In this document: piece by piece, positions 11,757 through 26,000 of the stretch | Numbering within the stretch: position 1 is the stretch's first letter | Layout: each line of letters opens with the position of its first letter | Notes under the pieces: model-generated | The model's input: only the letters and a program-made list of their open reading frames with translations | The model's database searches: none | Told to the model about the DNA's origin: nothing | Assembly: GCA_000708835.1 (NCBI GenBank) | Contig: DF236982.1 | Location: forward strand, 62,001-126,000 | Length of the DNA: 64,000 nucleotides | Origin: Klebsormidium nitens | Taxonomy: Eukaryota > Plantae > Klebsormidiophyceae | Direction of reading: 5' to 3' | Made by a program: the position numbers and the translations under genes

Positions 11757-14700
11757 TCAGGCCAAAAAGATGGGCGTCCGAGAGGAAGCGCTCGGCGCTT
11801 TTGCGCTCCCTCTGCTCTTGCTAACCCCTAGCTGCGGGAGACCTTTATTGAGGCCCTCCAACAACACGCACGCCTTGCACCACCTCTGACTGGAGATGTA
11901 CCCGCAACGCTCGCACGTGCCCTGTTCCGGCATCTTGGCCGTCAGCGAGAAGCGGAACTCCTCGGCGGAACGGATGATGTCGAGGATCGCTTGCGGCCTA
12001 CGAAAGAGCACATTGGCTGGTTCACTTACTGCAATAAAAGTTGAGGCCTGGCTGCTAGATACGACGATTGCGTTCAGAAGAACGAGCTATGGGCTCCATC
12101 TAAGATGGCTGTTCTTGGAGCCAATGACGGATGGCCGTTTGTCAAAATGGCATTTCGTAAAAAGATGGAAACACCCGGGGTGGACGAATGAGTCGGCGTC
12201 GATACCGTACGAAGCCTGCTGTAGCTGCTCTAAACCTTTAGAGCTCGTGCGGGCACGAAACTTCATTCTTCCTGATGAACGAAACGCGAACGCTCAGAAG
12301 CAGTGGAGACTGCTCACCTGATCGCCTCTAGGTCTTTGACGTACTCACGAGCGAAACCCCGGTAAGCATTTGGGGAGTATATACCTGCGTCAAAGCGACC
12401 AGCAAATAATCACCGCATGCATGTGGGGAGAGCGTGACTCGCTTCGTTCCTTTCCTCTAGGAACGGAACGATGTGGGCGGATCTTACTGCTTCAAAAGGG
12501 GTCTTTTACTAGCCAGGCAACCAAGCATGAGAACGTGAAGGATCATAAGCATTGCCCGCTGTTCTCATGTGTGCAAGCGCCGCCTGTGAAATCTGGCTAA
12601 GGAGCAACTCGCATTCCATTGGAGTTGCAGGGGAGCTTTCTGACGACACGGACAAGTTCCACTGTCCGTTTCGCACGCGCTTTAAATCGAACGCCTCAGC
12701 ACGCAAACGAGAGAGGGTAATTGGCACGAGCAAGTAATGGTCTGTGGAGAGGCAAACTGAGCATTTTCAAGAAGGCCTTGATCACAAATCTCCTTTTGTA
12801 TATTCTCGATAGATTTGCACACAGGGAACAGAAGCGAGTGAATAAAGAAGGAAAAGGACACTGGAAGTAGAGGAGCTCACATTCGGTGGAGAAGTAGTCG
12901 AGCTTCTTGAAGTAGGCGTACATCACAATCTCCTTTTCGTACGTGTACTTAAACGGTTTGCTACGAGGGAGGGCCCCGTCGTCTCCCGTCGAGATCGCCG
13001 CGCATCGGCTGAGCCTGGCGACACGAAGAAGGTCGATCAAAGGCTTGAGCGGTTTGGTAACAGGTGTCAAACGTTCAGAACAATCTCAATCTGTCGTGAT
13101 TTTCAACACAGCCGACCGTTCTTTACAGGTACGTTGTCCCTCAGCCCAATATCTGAGGGCACTCTGCCTGCGCGCTTAAATCGTCACACGGTATGCTGGT
13201 AATGAGTCGACGTATGCTTGAACGACAGCGGACGTTGAGCTCGACAAATCGAAAGGTCGTCGTGCGTCGGCTGAGCCTGGAGATACGTCGACGGCGGATG
13301 GGTTCCATTAGCGGTTCAGTGGCGGGTGTCGAAAATGCAGTTGCTTAACTCTGCCTTTAACCGTGGGGTTCGCCACGCATCGGCTCTGCCTGGCGACAAT
13401 ACGGAGGCCGATCAAAGTCGTTGCCGATTTTTGAATGGGTGTAACGTTCTCCCCAAACCCTCGATACCAAACCCCAAACTCTGCCAAAAGCATTTCCGAA
13501 TCCCAAAACCCACCTGGCGATGTCGCCCCGCAAAATGTTGAGCAGCACCGTCTCTGCCACGTCATCCGCGTTGTGCCCCGTGACCATCTTGGTCGCGCGC
13601 AGCGCCGCGGCCCCCCGGTCGAGCGCCTGCCGCCGGAACACCCCGCAGAAGGTGCAGTTGTTCTTACGCCCGATCTCGCGCACGATCTCGTCCATCGTCC
13701 AGCCGTAGAGCTCCTTGTACGAGACGATCTTCAAGGGAATGCCGTACTGTAGAGAACAGAGAATTGCAGCCTAAGATTTTCATGTTCGTGTGTTAGGTCA
13801 ACCCTGGTTTGTGTCAGGTTTCGCCACGATCTCGTTCATCGTCCAACCGTAGAGCACTTTGTACGAGACAATCTTCAAGGGGATGCTGTACTGTACAAAA
13901 CAGAAAACCGCGGCCTGGAATCTTCATCTTCGTGTGTTAGGTCAATACTAGTTTGTGTCAGATTTTGCGCGCAACATCGTCCATCGTCCAGCCGAAGAGC
14001 TCTTTGTAGGAGACAATCTTCAAGGAGATGCCGTACTGTAAGGAAGCGGAATGAAGTTCGATAACGCACTCGTTGTTGGAACAGTTGCTCCCTCCGCAGA
14101 CCGAGGTCATCCCGACCGGAAAACGTGCCCGATTTGCACTAAACCACCAAAACAAACATGATTCTGATACCGGTAGATAAGACCCCTCTCACCTGCTCCT
14201 CGTTCCTTTTGACCGTCTCCAAGGAGTCGTCTCGGTACCCAGTGATGCCTTCGTCGATGGACAGCAGGAAAAGGTCGAGCCCGTAGCCGTGCCGGTCGTT
14301 CAACAGCTTCATTATGTACGCCAGCACCGTCGAATCTGGTGCACGAGCAGAGTACTATGGTTATAACTGGAGGTTAAGTTCAGTTTAATCATAAACAGCG
14401 TCCAAGCCGGCTGAAACCTAGGCACGCAGTAAACACTCCCCTGTTTTTCACAGCGTCAAAGTTGGCTGAAAGGAGGCACGAACTGCTTCCAAAATGACCG
14501 CCAACACCGTCGAATGTGGTCCACGAACGGAGAAGAAAGAGTCACACTCACACGCAAACGTGTCCTTGTTGATACAGACATCAGAGCCGGCCGACAGCAG
14601 AGACCGGGGCGTGAAGGGAATAGCGCATCTTGTGCCGTTGTTAGTCAGTGCTTCTCTGATGAGTAGATAGATCAGCATTTCAATCTTAGGGAAGTATGAT

Positions 14701-16407
14701 CTGACCGACAGATAAGGCTCCCGTGACTTGCTGACGTTCCAGAAGACCTGGCTTGTGATAGTCAATACAGACTTGCGGCCAGCTACCATACAGCGCTCTA
14801 CTTTCGTAACTCCCTGCTACTGACAATCTTCCCTGCCAAGCTCTCGCTTCAATATGGTCATATAACAATAACTGGTGATTTGTGGAGAAAGCTGCAAACC
14901 TCTGCCACTTGATGGGTTTGTCACAGTTCCGCATGCGTGGGGGAAAAGGATTCTGACAGGAATCTTAGAAGAGAATAATAGGATACACCTGCTCTTCATT
15001 GCCGCACACACAATCACAGCATGAGTTGGCTGCTCTTGGATAGCCTAACCAAAAGTCACGATGACCACCCCAGCTTTTCAAGCTAACCCAGCTCAGAAAC
15101 GAAATCAACTTCAGGTCGACACCAAACCCAAGTCGGTGATGAAACAGACTTCATATCCTTCGAAATTGTGTGATTCCGCAAGAAACTTTACTTGAACCAA
15201 GTAGGCAAACCAGAATATGCAGAAGGACAAACCTTTGCCCCCGGATGCCCCGATTGCAACCCTGTCCCCCCGTTTGAACAGCCGGTTGTCAATTATTGTG
15301 CGGTGCACTTCATCCTCAAATGCGGCAAAGAAGCAGTCCTTACATACCTGGGAGTAACAGAAAAGACTGAAGTTTGAGCAGGGAAGAACCGAACCAATTT
15401 GGCTGAACAGGCGTTTCTACGAAGGGCCAGGGTAGCCAGGGGAAACAGACTTGTTTTCAGAGGTCAGTCATGATCAGATGAATAGTGATTCGGTGGGTAG
15501 AGTCGGATTTCGGGTAGGTAGAAATAGAGACACAAACTGAGAGAAGAGAAGCAGTTAAAAAGAAACGGTGTTATCGAAGGGAGATCGACCCTGAAGATAA
15601 AAGAAACGATGATATCAAGGAGCTGGGTTCAAGCATGACTGGTAGGAGAGATTCTGGGAATCGGGAACGTCTGAGTCCACACAAACTGGCTCCCTTCCGC
15701 AAACAGATAACTGTAGTCACAGGGGGGACCGCACATGCCCTGTAGACTTCTAGTTACCATGTCGGTTTCAGAATGCACAAATTAAATGATGAAATTCTCC
15801 AGATACTGTTCTACACCTTAGCTGCACAATCAACAAGAAGAGGAAGGAGAGAAACAGCTACTTGCACGCAACTTCTGCAGCTGCTTATGATTCAGAAAGA
15901 AGAAAGTAATCCCTCAACAGAGATTTTGAAAACAATCAACAGCTCGACTCAAGCTACTGAGACGTGGATCGTGAAATAGCTGCTTGTGAAACTCTTAGCT
16001 CCACTTGTTTTGAGGCACCACTGGCATCCGTTGTACTTTTTTCTTCTTCCTCTTTCCTTTCAATCAGTGCAGTGACTGAAGTCCCTGTTTTTACACATTG
16101 ATCCCTTTTAGAAAGTCGTTGCTGCTGTTCAAAAATTTTCTTTCTTAATGAGCAAACACACCACCAATTCATCGAAAGCAAAAAGTTGTGTACGTAGGGG
16201 CTTGGGCATCACACGTTGGAAACATTTTTAGAAACGTCAAAAACTGCAAGTACATCATCCCTTCCGTCTCGGCAGGAGCCATCATTCAAAACATTCGTAA
16301 AGAGACCAAAAGACACAAGGCTGAGACAAGCTGTTTACCTGCTGGTGCGTTTTCGGCCTGCGCAACACGGCGCGTCTTTCATCGCAAAGTACACACTTTC
16401 GCACCAT
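11757..16407 (-). CDS. CTU1: Cytoplasmic tRNA 2-thiolation protein 1
   Basis: Seven phase-consistent exons: 16407-16339, 15347-15233, 14335-14193, 13746-13514, 13014-12881, 12384-12318, 11997-11757. Motifs: N-terminal CxxC...CxxC, PP-loop [54 protein letters not shown]-terminal [14 protein letters not shown]. Confidence 0.96.
13822..14045 (-). repeat. Two decayed copies of the CTU1 exon-4 acceptor plus first ~25 codons
   Basis: True exon starts [23 protein letters not shown]. Copies at ~13822-13895 ([24 protein letters not shown]) and ~13968-14045 ([25 protein letters not shown]) are each preceded by CAG. Confidence 0.9.
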
Positions 16408-16806
16408 CGCAGTTTGCCCAAGCGTGGCTGAACCAACCTCTCCTCTGTTTTTGTGCAAGGGCTCAATTGGCCTCAACCACCTGGATGCCTGACAATCTAG
16501 CTACAGACAATTAAAGTGTCTTAGATAAAAGTGTAAAGCACTTTACTGCGGAGAGCCAATCAACCATAATACTAGATGAACAGTTCTGAATCAGGTAGCA
16601 AATGCTCCCTCTCTCTAGTTCCTAAACCAACATCGAACCCATTTATACCATGCCCCATTTGTGATCTAACGTGTGGTCTCCTACAGTCTACTCCTAGTGC
16701 AGGTTTGCGATTGGGTTATCTAATAGAGCCGTTACCGATGTTTAGAGACCTTTACCGTTTACAAACTTGAACGTGACGGTGACACAACTCCCGAGTACTC
16801 CTGGAG

Positions 16807-16828
16807 GCAGCAGGCTGCAGCCTGCTGC
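16807..16828. promoter_or_regulatory. Perfect 22-bp palindrome in the CTU1/ValRS bidirectional interval
   Basis: gcagcaggctgcagcctgctgc equals its own reverse complement. It lies between the divergent ATGs at 16407 and 17067. The sequence is certain; a function is not shown. Confidence 0.4.
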
Positions 16829-17066
16829 ATGAGACATTGAGAATCGTCAAGTCGGCATTGTGTTCTGTGTGCTGCGGGGGTTGAAGGGGCTGGCGAAGCG
16901 CTCTTCTGCAGATAGGGCACTGGAAGAGTTCAGCCTTTGAGTTCCTTCTAAACCGGGACATTCTGTTCCATGTCATCTGGCATTCTGTTTCAAGGCAAAT
17001 CAGAAAAAGCTGTTGGGGGAAGCCGGCGAACTTTGTGTCGCTAGTAGGGCCGGCCATACACAGGAG

Positions 17067-20000
17067 ATGGCGTCTCTTGATGGGGTTAGTGATTGCTGAC
17101 CAATAGCTCCAGAATGGGCGTACTCGTCATTCCGCCTTCCTCATTGATTTTGTATGTAGTAAGCAGATCATTGGCCGGCAATTTTGATTGCACGTCTGCG
17201 CTTGGGCTGTTGTGCATCACTTTTGCAGTTCTGTTTCTTTTTTGTCTGCCACTCCTAATGAACAATGAAGTGGTTGTCAATGAAGGGGTCTGTAGTGTTG
17301 GCCAGGGTTTTTGTCATTGTTTAACCACGTAGCCTTACTTGAAGCAGGATAATGCATCTGTGCCATGCACAGAGATCCAAAAACAAAAATCAGGGAGTGG
17401 TGTTTTATTTGAACCTCTTCAGAGCTACCTGGCTCTCCAAGCATTTGCAACTTACTGCATCTTGACCATCTCATTGACTCCTTCACTTGATGACCATAAT
17501 GATTTATTGCTCGAGGTAGGCAGAAAATTCAACAAAAGCAGAGACTGGTCTAGTCGATGCCACCTCCGCAAGAAACAGGCCGCTAACAAACCCAAGCACG
17601 TCTCATCATTGCTGAATTTGCAGGCCAACGGGGCAGCGGAGGCGGCTCCGCTGCCTGAAAAAATGGCGGCTCTGAACTTGTCCGCCGATGCGGCGCCCCC
17701 TGCCCCCGCGTCAGCGAACGCACCTAAAGAGGAAGAAGACCCGGAGAAGAAGAAAAAGAAGGAAGAGAAGGTGGGGCGCATCGCCAGACTGTACTTGTCG
17801 AAGACATTTCAGAGGAACACACCTGATGGATCCAGAGTGTCAGGGCGAGACCTTCTTATGCTTCTTCGTATCAGTCTGGGGCAAGATTGAGGGGCTTTCA
17901 GAGGCCATTCTGTCAGACGTGCTGACAGAAGCTTACCAGCCTTGTGCACACAGCCTGTCAGTTTCATCATGGAAATTTTCTTTGCCATATTCAGCACGGC
18001 CTCTCATGATCGACTTTGACAGCGGCGCAGGCTTTTTCCAACAGTCTCTAAGATTTTGGGGACAGGCCCTCAGTTCTTTAGACCGCCTCCCAGTCTTCTG
18101 GAACGGAGCCTCAGCCAAGATCGGACCACTTAGAAACTTCCAGGCAAGATGCTCTATTAACTCACTGCCGAGTCTCTGATTTTTAGCAGCTTCTGCAGGC
18201 AAGAGAAAAGGAGGCAAAGAAGGCGAAAGCCGCAGCCAAAGCGGCGGCAGCCAAGGCATTGGAGGATGCCAAAGTGAGTCGCCTTCCAACCAAGTCTCCT
18301 TGCCATCCAGTATTACTGGCAGGAGCACCAGTATCGGAAGCCTCTGCCTTTCTTAAAGCCCTGGGTGTTGAATCTGTAATCATCTTGTTTGCTGTTAAGC
18401 ATTTGGATGAGCGAGACGTTTACGTCTGTTTTCAATTTTCACATGTTTTCAAAACCAGGAAAGGCAGCGTACAGGTAGACCCCCAGAAAAGGCAGGTTAG
18501 ACAATAGCTAGCAGCTAGTACCTCAACTACGCATACGATTGCATTTTGGATTTGACCCGCTCAGGGCAAGGGCGGCGCCGATGGCAACGCCAAAAAGGCC
18601 GACAAGAAGAAGAAAGCCGGCCCCACGGAAGGAGCCCTCCAGGCGGACTCGACAGACCCCCCCACAACACCAGGGGAGAAGAAACAGCTGGCACCTGCAA
18701 TGGCCCCCGCTTTCAATCCCAAGGCAGTGGAAGCCTCGTGAGTAGATAGAAGTCTACTAGTATCTTGCAGTCTGTTGCCTGCTGTCTCGTGATTGCATGC
18801 CCCGTTTTTGGTTTCCTTCAATCCTGCTTTCCCGGTCGCCGGGAGCCTGCTAACGGAATCTGTGTTTTGGCTCTCATTCTCTTGCTTCCTTCCATCATTG
18901 AAACGGTGTTTTTGGTGTTCGAAGGGGCGAGTCTCTACTCTCTTTGCTCCGAAGGAGGATGTGCGTTTTCCTTATTGTACTGAAAATTCGCTGTCTTAGA
19001 TCACAGCTGTGTTAGTATGCGCCCCTTTCTTCGGAACGGATTTGTGACAGATCCACGAGCCGGACAGTGACGTTTTGAGCGGCCGAGTGACGTCACTTCC
19101 TGCCATCTTCTGCAGATGGTACGAGTGGTGGTCCAAGTGCGGCTTTTTCGAGCCCGACCTGAAGAGCGACAAGCCACCCTACGTCATCGTGAGCACATCC
19201 TTCTTGCTTATCTGCTTTCTCTCGTTGTGTTCTTTTTTCTCGCTGCAGTTCTTGAGTTGCAGCGTAGTAAGGAGATAGCGCTCGGCCAAGCGCAGCGATC
19301 TCTTGCGTCAAGGCCGTGTTTCATCTTGTTTGACCGTTGTTTGGAGATCGCTCCTCCACCCTAAAGACTGCGTTCCGGTATAGTGGGACGTACGAAAGTG
19401 TCGCATCGGTGTCGAAAGGGCTCTGTGTGGTAAAGGGTACTTGGTCAACCTCCTCTCCCCAAAGCGCTCAGCCGCTCTTTAACCTGGACTCAGGCGATCC
19501 GGTTTTCTCTCGAGCTGCAAGTGCTCGAACGCATGATCAGCTCGCGGACACAAAGAGATGCACAATTTCTGGCCTCAGGATACTTGTTGTGCATTTCAAT
19601 CACTTTCTCATACTATGAGAGCGTTTGAGATCTCAAGCTCTCTCTTTTTCCGGCCAGGTCATCCCGCCGCCGAATGTAACCGGAGCTCTGCACATCGGCC
19701 ATGCCCTGACGAACGCCATCCAGGCAAGCCCGTCCGCAAAAATTTGGCTTCTTTTTCTTACTACTACTCTAGTTCACTTGCAATTGTTGGTATCTGGGCA
19801 CCATTTTTTCTTAGCTTCAGTGTTGCCATTCACAACGACCCCGTATTCATTGTCTCTGCGGCTGCAACTGGAGGTGTTTCGTCTAGATTCGACGGCTTTC
19901 TCATAGCCGTGAGGGGTTCCGCTTTGTTCATGCTCCATAATGAAGTAGGACCCCTAGTAACATCTGCCTGACCCATGTGACCAAAACCGCCGTCTTGTAC

Positions 20001-23000
20001 TGAAAGCCCCACGCAGTCCCTAACCTCCAGGCCATCCCGTAAATTCAGCGTGTGTTGACACGTGGCTGCCTTCCATTTGCAGGACACGATCGTGCGGTGG
20101 AAGCGGATGAGCGGCTACAACACGCTGTGGGTTCCAGGCACCGACCATGCGGGAATTGCTACTCAGGTGGGTTGCTCCGTTGACCGGACTGCTCATTCTG
20201 GACTAGTAAAAAAATCTGGAGGCGCATGCAGCCATTAAACGCCCTTCCCTCAAGTCTTTGTCTCCGTTGACTTCTTTCGTCCACATTCTGTTGTGGACTT
20301 ACCCTTCATCTGTATCGGTTTGTCGTTGTCAGACTTACCGCTCGAACCTTCCAGCTTTCCCGCTTTGCCGTCTAAACAAAGTGTACGATCTCATCTTGTT
20401 GCCAGTGATGGTCGAGAAGGAGCCCACGAACGCTAGGCTCCTTGCAGCAATTGAAGCCTCATTCAGACCATGCCCAACCGCCCTTCCAAGTCAATCTTAA
20501 ACCTCCGTAATATCTCGTCCTCACCTTCATTAACGATATCTGGCCCGCTACATGAGGCGACGGGGATGGATCAAAAAGATTTGTTGGAATAGGACTTGGA
20601 AGTTCAGGCTTTTGAGGAAAAGCCCCCAGCTCGCTGGAATTGGTTCATCCTCCAGCGCATACTCTACTGCATCCTTAACCCGCCAGCTGAACCTTGTTTC
20701 TCTAGGTGGTGTGAACAAGAAGCTAATGGAGCGACGCATAATTTCTCGGTAACCGTACCCTCGTGCATCCTTAACCCGCCTGCGTAACCCTGTCTCTCAG
20801 GTGGTCGTGGAGAAGAAGCTGATGAAGGAGCGGCACATAACCCGGCACGACCTGGGGCGGGAACAGTTCGTGGAGGAGGTGTGGAAGTGGAAGAACGAGT
20901 ATGGCGACACCATCTTCGGGCAGCTGCGCCGGCTGGGCTCCTCCGTGGACTGGTCGCGCCAGGTACGCTGCACGGCCAGATTCTCAGAGGGTGATAAAGA
21001 TCTCGATTTTTTGTATCCGGATTAGCTATACCGACTTCACTATCGAGCGGTCGATTGGGTCCTGGCATTGTTTGCGCATCTGGCATAAGTGGACTCTACA
21101 GAGAGGATCTCAGATTTATCGGTTGGTCTGAAGGGAGTTGCTGCCCAAGGTGTTTTTAAGGGCATGTCCGACCAAGTAAGCGCTTGTTTTTCTGCTTTCA
21201 AACGCCTTGTTGACTGGTATACAATGCCACACTTCGCGAGTTCTCTGGTATGCCTTTGTGTCCGTCCGAGATTGATACACGTGGGAGATGGTGTCTCCGT
21301 CTGATTTCCAATTTATCACTTCGAACCGCGGCTTCCGCTTTGGTCGAGGTGGATGAAGTCTTGGTGAGACCCCAAAACAATAAACACGGAAGACACGGTG
21401 CCTCGGAGACCTTATTTTCCACAGACTCCTTTACCCTGCAGTGCCTCACGGAGAATGAGAAATTTTTGAAGGAGGCTTTAGTGCTTAAGTACCAAGAAGG
21501 CCTCATGTACGGTCTGGTCAACTGGGACTGCTTCGTTTTTTTTTGAACTCCAAATTCCAATACCCGACTGACTTTACGACCCCGAGTTTTCAAGATTTGA
21601 AAGGCAATATTTCTGAAACATAAAAGCCACGGAAGCTTATCAGACCTCATCAGGTCTAGTGCTTTACAATGGACGAGAAAATTCCCGAACGCCGTCAGGA
21701 GGCCGTTGTGCGCATATTTCAAGTAGGGCCCATCTACCGCGACAACCGCCAACCTCTAACAACCGCAAAGTCTCAAAACAGAAACTTCGAAACGATGAAC
21801 TTTTTCCCTCTTTCTACCGCAGTGCTTCACGATGGACGAGAAGCTCTCCAACGCCGTCAAGGAGGCCTTCGTGCGCATGTTCCAAGACGGGCTCATCTAC
21901 CGCGACAACCGGCTCGTCAACTGGGACTGCGTCCTCAAAACCGCCGTGTCCGACATCGAAGTCGACTACGTCGAACTGACCGGGCGGCAGAAGCTGCGCG
22001 TGCCGGGTTACGGCGATAACCTGGTGGAGTTTGGGGCGATAACCAGCTTTGCTTACCCGCTGGAAGGGGGCGAGGGGGAGATTGTGGTTGCGACGACGCG
22101 GCCGGAGACGATGCTGGGCGATACGGCGGTGGCGGTGCATCCGGAAGATCCTCGGTAAGTTTCGTTCTTTTGGTTTTCTGGTTTTCAATATTGGATACTG
22201 GGATAGTCTTTATTGGCTTGAGCAAGAACTTTGAAAGAACTCATCTGGAACATTGATGAGATAAAAAAGGCGATGACGTTGAAAACTTCGTTTGACAAAT
22301 GTCTTCGCCTTTTTGCTAACCGAACTCTTGCTTCTCTAGCGCTTTTTGTGTGGTTCACAACTGCAAAAGTCTGAAAGGGCAACATTCTGATTGAAAGACT
22401 TGCGTCTTCCGGCAGGCCGAGACAGGATTCCGACGCTTGAAAGACGTTAAGTCAACCGGAGCGTTCATTCATGACGGTCAGAGATGATCAGGGGAACCAA
22501 CGCTGTGCATTTCGAAGACCCTCGATGAGCGGGGCTTGCTTTGCGGACTTTGTACCTGCGACCTTTCCAGATTGCTGAACTTTCTGTTCGAACAATAAAC
22601 AAACGAGGGTTCTCTGTTTTGGTTAAGACAAGACGCCGGGGTCGATGCAGATCGTCGGTGAGGGGCCATTGTGAATTGCGTCTGTACGCTTCCTTCATAG
22701 TTGTTGTATTTTCAAACCACTTTCCATATACGGTTGGCTCTTAAAAAACATGGGTGCACCTTGTGCCGCTGCATGAGCCATACATAACAAGCTTTTCGCG
22801 TCGCCTCACCGAATTTGTCTGTTGGTGTGATAATCGAGACCACGAATGCGCGGACGGTTCCCTTTTGATATCCAATGCTCGATTCCAGCTGCAAGACGAA
22901 GCGGGAAGTTGAGGAAGGCTTTCAATAGCCCTTCGCCGACACGATCGACCCTCTTCTCCCCCCCCGTGCCGCACATCTTCAACCTTTTGCTTCCCCTCAG

Positions 23001-26000
23001 GCACGCTCATCTCCACGGCAAGTTCGTGGTCAGCCCTTCAAGCCCCGAGCGGCATTTGCTAACAAAAACTTTTCGTTGCTGTTGCAACCAAGCCGAAGCT
23101 CAGATCAGAACGACTAACCCACTTCTTTCCCGCTCAGATACGCCCACCTACACGGCAAGTTCGTGGTTCACCCTTTCAACGGCCGCCGCCTGCCGATCAT
23201 CTGCGATGCGGAGCTGGTTGACATGGCGTTCGGGACCGGCGCCGTGAAGATCACCCCCGCGCACGATCCAAACGATTTCGCCGTGGGGAAACGGCACAAC
23301 CTCGAGTTTGTCAACATGCTCACGGATGACGGATTGGTGAACGATGCGGGCGGGCCGGAGTTTGCGGGGAAGAAGCGGTTCGAGGTGCGGGAGTTGCTGG
23401 TCGCGGCGCTGCAGGAGAAGGGGCTCTATCGGGGAGTTGCGGTGAGGGCGTGCTAACCTTTGCTTCATTCAAAGCCCCTTTCATGTACTCATGACCAAAT
23501 CTAATTTTCTAAATCCTCGTCTTTCGAGAGATTATATTGCGGATAAGGCATAGAACTGTCTCCGGTTGTAGAGTAGCTGGGTCATTTCGGTCAACTGGCG
23601 GAAGTTTACACAAAAACCATGGATGTTTAGAATTCAGGCTGAGTAGTTTGATAGATTACGCAACAGGACCAGTTTCCTTGCTTTCAGGGCAACGGGACGG
23701 ACTGTGCTTTTCTGAGGCACATTGCATTGATCCCGGGATGTGTCGTTTGCAGCTCTCCTGACTCCAAGCTTGTTCCGCGACCTTGGACGTAATAATTTGG
23801 ATTTGATAGGCCGTTTTATGACGTTATGCGCTTCGCTTTTCTGAGCCCCCAACACTCCTCTTGCAGCGCTACTTATGAAAACCTGTCTTTTAACACTGTC
23901 AGCCCTGTCTAGGAACTTGTCACTTTTGAGGTTTGTGTACGTTAAACGAACTTCATATCGCGAAATTCGTCCTGCAGGACAACCCGATGCGGCTGGGGAT
24001 CTGCAGTCGCAGCAAGGACGTGATTGAGCCGATGATTAAGCCGCAGTGGTACGTCAAGTGCGACGACCTGGCGAAGGCGGCGTGCGACGCGGTCCGCAGC
24101 GGAGAGCTCGAGATTGTGCCTCCTGTCTTCAAGGACGTCTGGTTCAGGTGCGACGATACCTCATTTGTTTTTCTGGGTTCTTCAGTATGCGTGTCCGGCC
24201 ACTCTCTTTGCTTCTTCTGTTCGTTTCTGGGGAGTAACAAACCTTAGATAGCTCATCGAGAAACCCTTGACAACGTATCGCAATGGTGATTCAACACACT
24301 CATCTTCCGAAGGCCGCATTTCATCTCGGGCAAGACGCCACTAGCGTGACACTTTCTGCGCCATCGTGGGCATCCTGCTTCTCTGCAGAACATGCCCGGC
24401 CCGCAATGGGCTTCATTTAATGTGCTTTTGCGTGTTCAAAACTGGCCTTTTCGCTCGATCTGGAGCCCGACAGTTGTACGCCGAGACACGTCAAAAGGCC
24501 CATGCAGGCGGATCGCAGAACTCCGCGATGGTCGAAATCGCAGCGCTACCGTCCGATTCCAACATAAGGAGTCCAGTCTGCAAGGTTTAGGCAGGGGGTC
24601 GCAGATTTTGGCAGGACCGGTTATTTTACGGGTTTTAGACAAACCGTGTCTGACCAACTTCTAACAAAAGATCTCGAGCGTCCATTTTTTGACGTCAAAA
24701 TCTGAACGGCAGCGCTGCGATTCTTGGTCGTCCCCCAGCCTTTTCGTGGTTTTGCGGTCCGCCTGCATGTCCTTGGTTACTCAACCTCACATTTCCTTTG
24801 CCCAGGTGGCTGGAAAACATTCGCGACTGGTGCATCAGCCGGCAACTGTGGTGGGGCCACCGCATCCCCGCCTGGTACGTCACCCTCCGGGCGGATTCCG
24901 GCAAGCTCCTAACGGAACAGAGTGACCGGTGGGTGGTGGGGCGGGACGAGGCTGAGGCGCGTGCGGCCGCGGAGGCGAGGTTCGGACCGTCCGAGATTGC
25001 GGAATTGACGCAGGTAGATGTCGATGTGGTTTCTTCAGCTATTGCCTAGAGGCGGAGCGAAACAGCGTACAGGTTTTCCAATTGGTCCTTACCTACTTAT
25101 TCCAACCCCTAGCGAGCCCAACGAACATCGGTACGCGATCAACAGGTCGAGTTGAGCCAGGTTGAGATACACAGATCGGCGCAGGATGACGCATTGAAAG
25201 CAAGAGTTTGGATACAATCCTACGCATTGTGCACCTTAGCCCCCCCAAAACCCCGCTTGACCCCACGCGCTTTTGGGCACTGACCCATTTCAGCCTAACT
25301 GTATCTTAACCTGAATTCGATACTGCTCTGGCGCAGGACCCGGACGTTTTGGACACGTGGTTCAGCTCGGGGCTGTTTCCGTTCTCCGTGTTCGGGTGGC
25401 CGGACGGAACGGCGGACCTGGCCAAGTTTTACCCGACGCAGCTGCTGGAAACGGGGCACGACATTCTGTTCTTCTGGGTGGCGCGAATGGTAATGATGGG
25501 GATGCGGCTCACGGGCAAAGTACCGTTCAAACAGGTGAGGAGCCGTTCTCAGGGAGTCCGCCGATTGATTCAGCACTGTTTGGTAGTATGCTCTCTGAGT
25601 TTCGTTTGGGATGTTCCGAGCGTGGAGAAGTGGTTCGAAGATTGCTTCTGAGGTGTCTTTGGGTCTGCGGCGCAAAGTGAAGGTGCCGATCGAAAGAGAC
25701 AAGTGCCGTTTTCTTGACGAAGTTGTTCTTGCTCATGTGCTTTAGTGCTACGCAGTATACTGTTTGACCCTCAAGTGCTCTGCTTGTGGAATTATTACTG
25801 TTGGTCATGTAATTGTGAACGCACGCACTGCGTGCATAGGCGTCATTAACACCTCAGGCTTTACCTTGGAATGAGAAAGTTCAACTTCAAAAGTAAGCGA
25901 GTCTTAGTGATTCCGTCTACATCACTCTCTGTAAACCCAGTCAACCAATTTCCCCAGGTGAACCTGCATGCAATGGTGCGCGACTCGCACGGGCGCCGTA

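Noticed and set aside
13958-14155. ORF MFWW...[25 protein letters not shown] as a CTU1 paralog or mutually exclusive exon
   Set aside because: It copies only ~25 codons, has no donor and runs into a stop, so it is treated as an intronic echo.
22400-22720. Possible intronic snoRNA in ValRS
   Set aside because: I could not find a convincing C/D or H/ACA box pair with terminal stem by eye; an Infernal/Rfam scan would be needed.
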